A DNA stretch of 64,000 nucleotides from Lama guanicoe. Lineage: Eukaryota. Made by a program: the position numbers and the translations under genes. How positions within the stretch are numbered: position 1 is the first letter of the stretch; every line of letters starts with the position of its first letter. Where the stretch lies: assembly GCA_013239625.1 (NCBI GenBank), contig MU053652.1:7711027-7775026 (forward strand), written 5' to 3'. This document shows positions 52,979 through 64,000 of this stretch, in pieces. The notes under the pieces are model-generated. The model did not search any database and was not told the origin of the DNA. It saw only the letters and a list, made by a program, of their open reading frames with translations.

Positions 52979-55774
52979 AAGGTGGGCCTCTCTTCTGAGC
53001 CCTGATCAGTGAGCTTGTTTCACACAGCCATGGTGGGCACTTAGAATCCTCCAGCAGGGAAGAGATCTTTGTCAGAGAGCCAGTGTGGTCTGGAGGAAGG
53101 AGCTTTGGGATTCTAAATGAGAAACAGCCCTGCCACTAACAGTATGTGAGTTTTGGCCATCAAGTCACATTTTCTGACTTTACCTGATAAATAAATATAA
53201 AAATACCTGACCAAAATAGCTCTGTTGTCACAAGATTGAGGACAGAGGGAAAGAATGACTGAAAAAAAAAGTTAAGAAGCGCCATAACTAGGTGTTAAAC
53301 TATAAAATGTATTACCTGCACTCCTGGTGATGAAATAATTTCACAACACACTGTGATGCAAGAGGAAAGATCTTTCCTTCTGGTGTTAATGTAGTTTCAC
53401 ATAAAACAGCCACTCACTCCTACCTACCTCCTACCTACTTATCTATCTGTTGACTATGGGAACAAGAGACCAAGATGAAGGCAAAGAAACAACAAGCAGT
53501 GTTCTGCCCTGCCCTGCATATCAGGGAAGTCCCTTGTTGGGTTCTGGCTTGTGAGCATACGACCTGGATGTCCTGGCTTGAACAACGAATCAGATCCCTC
53601 CAGAGCCCCCTGCCTACTGCGCTGCACACATTTCTTTCTGTCCAGAATTTGCCATCTTGCTCATAATGATTAAAAATGAACATTGTAGCCTACTGTGATT
53701 TCAGTGAGGACAAGATCTATTTGGTGCTCAGCTTTGCATCCTCAGTTCACAGCAGAATTCCTAGAACGCAGTAGGTACTCAATACATGTAAGAAGTGGGG
53801 CAGGGTCCAAGCACTCGTGACCTCTGGTTTCCACATCATAACTGGTATTCTTTGTTTGAGGTGTTCGTTCAGCCACCTTTATGTGCCTCCCATTCCCATC
53901 CCACTGCCAAATGAGGCTTTGAAAAATTTCCCCAAGGTCTCCAGATTACCAAACAACCATATTTTATTGACTTGTGCTTTTTTTCTATTTTGAAAATATT
54001 AAAATATAATATGCACTTTGGTTTTCGAGATCTACCAGGTACACATCGACTTTGTTAAATAAAGGGACACATGCAAATCTATTTAAGTCACTGCACTGAA
54101 CCACACCAAGGTTTTCAGATATGGTAACCGTGAAAAGGAATGTGAACGACTGGAGCAGCAGGGCGTGGTTTTGCTTAACTTCCACGTGTAGAAACATGTA
54201 CAAACGATCCCCAGGAATACGTTTGCATTCCATCCTCATTTTCTCATTATATAACCCCGTCTTCTATTCTCACATCAGTACCAGAGAACAACCCAGCCCA
54301 CAGAGCCACGTTTGTCCAAATAAATAGCCATTTACTAATTTGTAAAGGAACCTAGAAGGAAAGATGGGGAAAAAAATAAATAAGCAAATGTACAGAGGGG
54401 AAAAATGTATATAAAATGAACGTGCAGATTGATGATTAAAATGAAAAGCATGAAAACAAAAGGGAGGGAGTAACTAAGGAGGAGTTAGTGATTGTTACAT
54501 TAATACTCACTGAAACTGTAAACAGAATTGATCTCTTCTGTAATTAAATCTGCTACTTCAACTCATTTGAGATGGCTTCAATTTGAAAACACAGGAGGTA
54601 AGACAGAATAGGACAAATGAACTTTAATGTCAAGTGGAAACAGCTTCATGGCTTGGCTTTTGGTTTATTAGCTAAGACATCGAGCAAGCAACTTTTCTGA
54701 GCCTTGGTTTCAATATACATTAAAAAAAAATAAGAGAACGTTGTTCGAATTACTGATAATGTGTGTGAATGCGTAGCTGATAAGCAGGTGCTCAAGAAGT
54801 ATCCATTAACTGTGATATCTGTTACCAATAAACCCCTAACCAATGTAAGGAAATATTATTCAGAATAAGCTACTTCTTATGAAAACACAATGGCACTAAC
54901 TGGGGAGTGGAAAACAGCCTCACAGGGGCATTCGGGAGGCAGTTTCGGTTAGGCAAAGATTATACAAATGGAGTATTTCTGATTTGAATATTGCTCAAGG
55001 TAAAATTTTATTTTTTAAGCAAGCTTTCTCAAAACAACTTGCTGCTTTTTTTTTTCAAGCTTCGTGAATTAAAGTAATTTATTCAAACTCTGTTCCTTAG
55101 AAGCTCCACTCAAATGAAATCTCAGAAATAACCCTCAGCTTCCTGGTAAAAACTAGGAGCTCCAAGAAATTCCAGAGACAGAGAAGGCCTGAAATTAAAT
55201 TAACAGTATAAAAGGACATAAAAAGTCAGCAGGAGGAGGTACAAAAAGAAACTTTCCTGATACCAGTGTGACTCCCCATTAATCAATTCTCCGAAAGAGG
55301 AATAAAAGAAATACAGTTAAAAAGAAGAAGCATTGTAAAGACTTACAATGAAAACAACAGGGCAGATTTCCATGATTCCCTAACAGTGTTGTATTCAAAA
55401 AACTTTATGTGCTCCTATTTGATCTTTCTGCATTTGGCAATGAGCTCTAATAGTCACCTCCTGACCCCACTCTTTAAGCAATGTATAGAGAAAAAAAAAA
55501 CTCTTTAATTTGGAACTTTATTGTACAACAAAAGAAATTACTTAAGAAAGAAGCGATTAGGTAAAATAAATTAAACTGAGAAATACACATTTTTAACAAA
55601 TATAGTATACAGATCTGGTTTTATTGAACTGTCAATCAACTTCCCTCCCCTTCCCCCGCCCACCGCACACACTGAGCATCATTTTAGCTAAACTCAGTGT
55701 CAATCCTGCTTCTTCTTTCTCTTTACTTGTCCTTACTCAAATTATTCCCCTCTTGGATTCCAAATAGATCGTCA

Positions 55775-56223
55775 CCATTAGATTGTGCAAACTCAGGACC
55801 ACACCCCCCCACAGCTTGTCTACACGATCATGACTTCATTATATGGCTGTCTTCTTTAGCATGACTTTACTATTCCACTGTCTTCACCAACACAACTTCA
55901 CTATTCCAGGAAGCTCTGGCCCAGGGAGATAAAAGTTTACTATTTATTCTCAATGCTTTTTGCAACCCTCACCTCAAACATTCACCTTGCTGTATCCATC
56001 GATCCTAAACCATTGTATCATAATTATTACCTAATTCCAATCAAGCCCTTATATGAAAGACCCATCTTCAACCAGACTCCAAAAACCTCATAAAGAGCCC
56101 TACTTCCCTACTCCAAGATGCTATTAAAACTTTGTCAAGGTAGAGCTTTCTTGCCATGGTAAATAACAAACTCATCTTTGCCTTAGGAATAGGCAATGTT
56201 GGTGGTATTTTTAGGGAGCCAGC
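55775..56223 (+). mobile_element. MER110/MER90-like ERV1 LTR remnant
   Basis: 3' end tgttggtggtatttttagggagccagca and internal motifs resemble recalled consensus. Confidence 0.5.
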
Positions 56224-56356
56224 AATCAAAACTTGCAAGCCTTCTTGGATGGATGTCTTCCTTAGTTTGATGATTATAGTGTATAAGAGGTGTGTTGTGT
56301 TGTGTGTGTGTGTGTGTGTGTGTGATTTGATCCATAGTAAGAAAACCTTTTACCTC

Positions 56357-56900
56357 TGTTACCCCGAAAGATAAAGACCCCAGTTCTTGTCATACCCAAA
56401 AGATGCATTTACAGTTGGGAGACAGTGCGTTGTGTAGCGAAAGATTTATTTAGAAAAGGAAAAGCACGCCTCCAAGAACGGGAGGTGGGCTGATCCAAGG
56501 TAGGAAAAGTGGTGGGTTTTGCCTCCCCTTTCTCTTATACCCTCACTTAGAGGTGGTCTTTTTATTGATTGATGGCTCTTGTCACTGGAATGGTTACTCA
56601 TGTTTGGCCCCTTTTGTGCATGTCCTTACCTGCAGTGCCCACAGAAAAATCTGTGGTGGGGTGGTGGTGGCTGAACAGCAATGTTAATTATAATACAATG
56701 AACACTGGGTCCTGCCCAGTTAAGTTGATTCTGCTGCAGTGCAGTCATGGCTCTTGGGTTCTAACTGGTTTCCTGCTGGCTCTCAATTAGAAGAAGTCAA
56801 GTCTGTTTATGCTGCAGGCGGGCATAACCTCATCTTCCAGACCATCCCCTCTCTCCTCCACCTGTCTGCCGGGTGCCCCCACTTATCTAACTACCGATTA
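56357..56900 (-). mobile_element. ERV1-class solo LTR
   Basis: Starts tgttacc, has tttatt (reverse poly(A) signal) near 56445, and a 4-bp TSD cctc at 56353-56356 and 56901-56904. Confidence 0.75.
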
Positions 56901-58061
56901 CCTCTGCTGTTAATATGGCTGCTGCCTTTTACTGTTTTCTCTAACGTTACACTCATGCCTTACTCTGCTGAATTTTCCTTGAGCTGTTTTCATCATGCTG
57001 GGTTCTCCATATCCCTGCCTTTTGTTCTTCTGGTATGTAAGGAAAGGTCTCTGACATTCTATAAGACTATAACCTTGAACGTTTGGCCACTATGCAACAA
57101 TCCGCTAAAGATGATCACAGTCCTCCAAAGGATGCTTCTCCTAATTCTCAGATCTCTCCCTGGTCGCACTGACTCCCCTGGCTGTAGGAGTCGCACCCAT
57201 TTAACCAGTCCAGTAAGGTCAGTGTTGGCTCCACATGAACTGTTACATCTCTACCAACCTGGTTACTCATACAGCTTCACAGCCCTGAGGTCAAAGAAGT
57301 CTGTGTTTCTATGGAAGAACAATGTTCCAAATATTCTTTGAATGGCTGCTTCCTAACCTAAGGAATCTCAAACTGATGTTATTTTATTGTAGATTCCTGT
57401 TTTCTGCTTTCAAACACCCCTCATCCTCATGCCCAACAACTGCCCCAAAGTTGCCAGGTTTACAGACGTATCTTTACAACTTAATGGTTGCAGCAGCAAA
57501 GACCAACACAGAAGTGCTTTTAAGCAGGCTATAATCATAGAGATTCTGATACAAGGATTTTTAATTATAAAATCATCATGGATCATTAAAGCCATTCCAC
57601 AGTTTTAAAAGTGAGAAGAATTTTTTTTTTTTTAGAAACACAGCAATGAAGCATTTCACAAAAGGAACAATGTGAAGATAAGGTACAAACAAAGACTAGC
57701 ATCATTATTGGGCTAACTTTTCAGAATAATAGAAGATACTGATTTTTTTAAATGAGGCAACAAGTGAAAAGAATTAAAGGTAATTTATACAATATTTTTC
57801 TTGCACTTTGTCTCATGCCCTTTTAAAAACTTTTCCTTTTATCTCTTTTTTTTTACTTTTTTTTTTAAAAAAGCATTTCACACTCTAAAACTAATATTAA
57901 CTAAGGAGAGGCTACAATGAAAATACAAAAGAAACACGGAGAGAATAACAGGTAATAGGTGCATTTTCTTCTATGGTTTTATAACTGTTGATTTATATTT
58001 TTCATCACTTTTCCTAAGATAAATGGAAAGCAGATTTTAAAAGGGTCCTTGAAGAATAAGA

Positions 58062-58810
58062 AGACTTCTCCACAAATGATAAATGGTGGAGAAGGTGTGG
58101 AGAAAAGGGAACCCTCCTACACTGTTGGTGGGAATGCAGTTTGGTGCAGCCACTGTGGAAAACAGTGTGGAGATTCCTCAAAAGACAAAAAACAGACTTA
58201 CCATATGACCCAGTAATCTCACTCCTGGGCATATATCCAGAAGGAACCCTAATTCAAAAAGACACCTGCACCCCAATGTTTATACCAGCACTATTTACAA
58301 TAGCCAAGACATGGAAACAACCCAAATATCCCTTGACAGACAACTGGATAAAGAAGTTGTGATATATTTATACAATGGAATACTATTCCACCATAAAAAA
58401 GAATAAAATAATGCCATTCGCAGCAACATGGATGGACCTGGAGGTTGTCATTCTAAGTGAAGCCAGAAAGAGAAGATCACTTTAAAAAAAATAGACAAAA
58501 ATGAACTTATTTACAAAACAGAAACAGACTTGCAGACATAGAAAATAAACTTATGGTTACCAGGGGGGAAAGGGAGTGGGAAGGGATGAATTAGGAATTC
58601 AGAATTTGCATATGTAAATTACTATATATAAAACAGATAAATAACAATTTTCTACTGTATAGCGCTGGGAAATATATTCACTATCTTAACGTAATCTATA
58701 ATGAAAAACAACTTGAAAAGGAGTATATGTATGTGTATGACTGAAATATTATGCTGTACATCAGAAATTGATACAACATTGTAAAATGACTATACTTCAG
58801 TAAAAAAATA
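58062..58810 (+). mobile_element. 5'-truncated L1 3' end
   Basis: Encodes [13 protein letters not shown]...CTPMFI...WIKKL*, followed by 3'UTR and an A-rich tail. Confidence 0.93.
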
Positions 58811-60599
58811 AACATGTTTCATAGATATGTATGTATATAAATCTTATACATGTCCTATTATACTGATATAATTTATACTCTGCTAGTACTATACTGATAT
58901 AAATTGTATACATGTTCTGTTTACTGATATCATACTGATATAATAGAAATTGTTTAAATGTTGAGATTTAAAATATAGAACTAAAAGCTCTAATTTTTTG
59001 TTTAATTCAAAAGATTTTCCTATACTTCCTGAGATGAACTAGACTGGACCACAGAATTAGACGTTTCAAGGTCTTCTTGGCATCTTTTTAAAAAGTTAGA
59101 ATAAATAGAAAGCTTGGATCCTTGAAATTTAATTTTCTGTTTGAAAATAATTCAGATTTAATCTAGCAAGTCAGTGTATGCATGTTTTAATAACTATATT
59201 TATGCTATTATGATGAAGTATTTCCTTGCCTGAACAGCAATTATGGAGAAGGAAAGCATTTGTTTATTATTGGATAAATTGGGCCCAGAATTGAGTTTAT
59301 TTAATAAAATAATAACTCAAAGAAACACTTTACTTGGTATGTACTACTAGCCAATCATAATTATTAATAAGAATCAGAAGAAAGTAGGCTTTACACAGGT
59401 ATAATAGATTGTTATATCAACTAGTTTATACACTTCTGAGAGTGTGCATTTTATAATGTCTTTTTCCAGTGTGTAGAGCATCTTGTATATGGTAGGTGCT
59501 CATGAAAATGTTTATATTATTATTTCTCTTCAGTGTACTTGATCAGGCTCTTGTGCAACTGACCTTGTCTGTTTTACAGCAGGGGTGGTGAGCCTGCTAT
59601 CTGGTGCTTCTGTCCCTGGCATGAGAGCTTCCACAGATTGACTTTTGACCATTGTCAACAGAAATGTTCAAATAAACCACATGGTAGTGAACCTTTACAA
59701 AATAAGTAAATAAATCAGTCCTTTGGCCTTATACAAGAGTTGATATCACCTTAACTATTTTTTCTCCTCACCGTACTCTTATTTCTCTCTCTTACCTAAT
59801 TCATCAACAATTTAGCAACCACAGATTGTAACATAAGGGATTGAAATGAGTAAAGGGGGTGAGTGGAGAGAAGGTTCCTTTAAAAATAGAGGAACTGCTT
59901 CAGAATATTTTCCCACAGGGGAAAAAAAAAAATCCCCAGAAAGCTTTCCAACCAGGAAACATCTGAACCATCTGAACTTCTTACAAATTAACACTGTTAT
60001 CTAGACTATCATATATGCCTAGACATGATTTGTGTGGTTTGGGGGAGGCAGGTGGCAGGGAGATGGGTGGAGGGGGAGCTCAGTATAATTTACTTCTAAG
60101 GTTCTCTCCAATTCTAAGCCTGACTCAAAATAGTTGAAAAATGTGGAGTCCAACACACCAAATTTCTGGATTCCCCCGCCCTCTCCACCTCAAAAAAAAA
60201 AAAAAAAAAAAGGAAAGGAAAAGAAAAAGGAAAAACAAACAAACAAAAAATCCCCGCTCTCAATTTCACTCTCCATTTTTGGGATGACCTAGTTCTGCAA
60301 GGAGAAAAAGAGGCACTGGCGTGTACCAGTGTGAGCATAGGTACCATTCCTGATTTAAGACAGAGCAATGCCGGACCCAATCATTTCAGGACTTCTAGGG
60401 GACTTTGAATCTTTGTCCCTGGCCAGGATCAAACTAACCAAGGCAGACTGACTGGCCAGGGAGGGAGGCTGACAAAGTGGACCAGGCCCCACGGCAACAT
60501 TTCAGGTGCAGTGGAACCCAAGGTCGGACCGGAGTGGAGTCTCGTATTTATTCTCAGTGACTGGGACACAGCTGGTTTTGAATAAGGACATTAAATATA

Positions 60600-62328
<1,729 letters not shown>

Positions 62329-63282
62329 ATGCGTATTTCTACACATTTAAAACGGAGTAGTTTATGGGTTTTTTTTAAGTCTTTAAAGTTTTATATCTTT
62401 TACTAAACTTTTCCAACCTATTTTATTTGACATTTTAGTTTTGAAAACATTTGGAACTTATGCATACTACTACAATACTTTGAAATATCTCTAGATAACT
62501 CGAAGTACTTAACTCGTCAATATTTTAAAACCCTCAGTAGCCCAAATAGCAAAACCATCACCCCTTAACATCGGGAAACTGTAGTATTCACGTATTCACT
62601 TATTTGGACATAGTGGCGGTGATAATCATTAACTTTTGTTTTTAAGTGAGAAAGTTCAACTCAGAGACCAATGATTTTTACAAGATCTGGCAAAATTTTC
62701 CGATTTAATGATTTGTTTACTTTCTTTTTAATCCAATGTCATTTTAATTCCTTGCCATTTTTACCAATGCCTGCTGAAACTCAGTGTCTTGTTCTCCTAA
62801 AACTACAGTTAATATATAGCTCTTAAAGTGCCTCTGTCTAGCACACAAATGAAAAGAAACTGAAAAATTTGAAAACACATCATATGAGTCAATTTTTAGA
62901 TAAGAAATCTTTTCTAGCAACTCAGACAGGTAACACTGTGTTAAGATATTTGCTCTTCATCCTGGAAATGACTTTCCAATGTGGGTTAGCCTTAACTGCC
63001 AAGTGTGTTCACTTTAATCAGATCCTGTGTTATCTTCGACTGTAAATTTTTGTTCCTGTGCAATAATATAAAATGTTTACCTTACATGTACAAGGGCCAA
63101 GCAAAATTAGACCACCCTCATAGCGTTCTAACTGTAAGGAGTCTTTTCTACAGTTCAAAAGTAGAAACAGTTTCATGGAATAAAATGAACTGGAATGTTC
63201 ACCCCAATTGCATTAGCCCTAAATTGTTTTCTGGGAATACAGATAAATGTTTTCAGGCAATTTCTGCCATGGTTCACTTGTA

Positions 63283-63288
63283 AATAAA
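63283..63288 (+). terminator. Probable TMEM229A polyadenylation signal
   Basis: AATAAA about 950 nt after the stop, followed by a T/GT-rich tract. A second AATAAA lies at 63179-63184. Confidence 0.5.
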
Positions 63289-64000
63289 CATTTTTCTGTT
63301 TCCTTTGGGACCACACAGAGTTCATGGGCCAAGCCCAATGTGTCAATGTGCATTATAAATCAAAGATAGCTTTTTGGTGACTCCTTATTAATGTCTGGAA
63401 GCTCCGAAGTTAAATGAGATCATGTAAACCATTTTAAGAAATCTTATGTCAAATCAATTAATAATGTGCTTTAAATTTGTTTGCTGTTTTTATTCTATTT
63501 AGAAAAAAACAAGTAGAACTGAGCATGGCTCATCCAAGGATGACTAATAACTTCTCAGTTTTCATTACAAAGATAATTAGGAAAATTTAGAGTGTATACA
63601 AATGAATACATATTCTTATTCAAATTATTAGCTGGTCTATGCTGTAAAAAGGGACTTATTTCTGTTTTCAAAAAATGTTTGCTATGGCAGTAAAAACGAA
63701 CATGGATTTAGATTTAAGTCTAACATATGCCTAAGAGTGTTATATTATTTTAATCAGCTATCTGAGGTCATCAGCTAAATTATGCCATGCTGTATGATCA
63801 ACTCCACCTGTGAAATAGAGCCTGTCAAACTGATGTTTTAGCCAGTCAAAGCTGAGTAGAAACTAAACGTTTGCAGAGAATACAAGAGTCACTTCATGAC
63901 ACTTGGTCACAGGTTTAAAAGACTTCTGAAAACCTGTGGAGAAAAAAGTGTCAGTATAGACACTAAAGTTAGTCAGATGCTGAACAAAATACTTGTAATT

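Noticed and set aside
56739..57341. 200-aa ORF
   Set aside because: It has a GTG start inside a solo LTR, runs through T-rich flank, and shows no recognisable homology.
58850..58945. Repeated actgatat motif as a CRISPR-like or regulatory array
   Set aside because: Short irregular AT-rich slippage repeats next to an L1 tail in a mammalian genome.

Overview
Mammalian genomic DNA, very likely camelid (camel/alpaca/llama). The main evidence is a tRNA-Ala-derived Vic-1-type SINE at 33245-33415. About 60 kb is AT-rich, repeat-dense intergenic DNA containing L1, HAL1, L2, MIR, MaLR and ERV LTRs, and Tigger and hAT MITEs. It ends in a CpG island carrying the single-exon gene TMEM229A (+ strand, stop at 62328). 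I could not support any other protein-coding gene, and I found no convincing novel multi-gene system. The most notable observations are: (i) both ends of TMEM229A differ from the human orthologue as I recall it, with no canonical start ATG and a different C-terminal tail; (ii) a tailless, 5'-intact L1 promoter fragment with a perfect 15-bp TSD forms an orphan CpG-rich island at 8992-10096; (iii) a poly(A)-only TPRT scar; (iv) a complete MaLR provirus splits an old L1 ORF2; (v) three UPRE/CRE-like motifs cluster at 33.7-33.9 kb. Repeat family names come from recalled consensus sequences, not database searches, and boundaries of old repeats are approximate.
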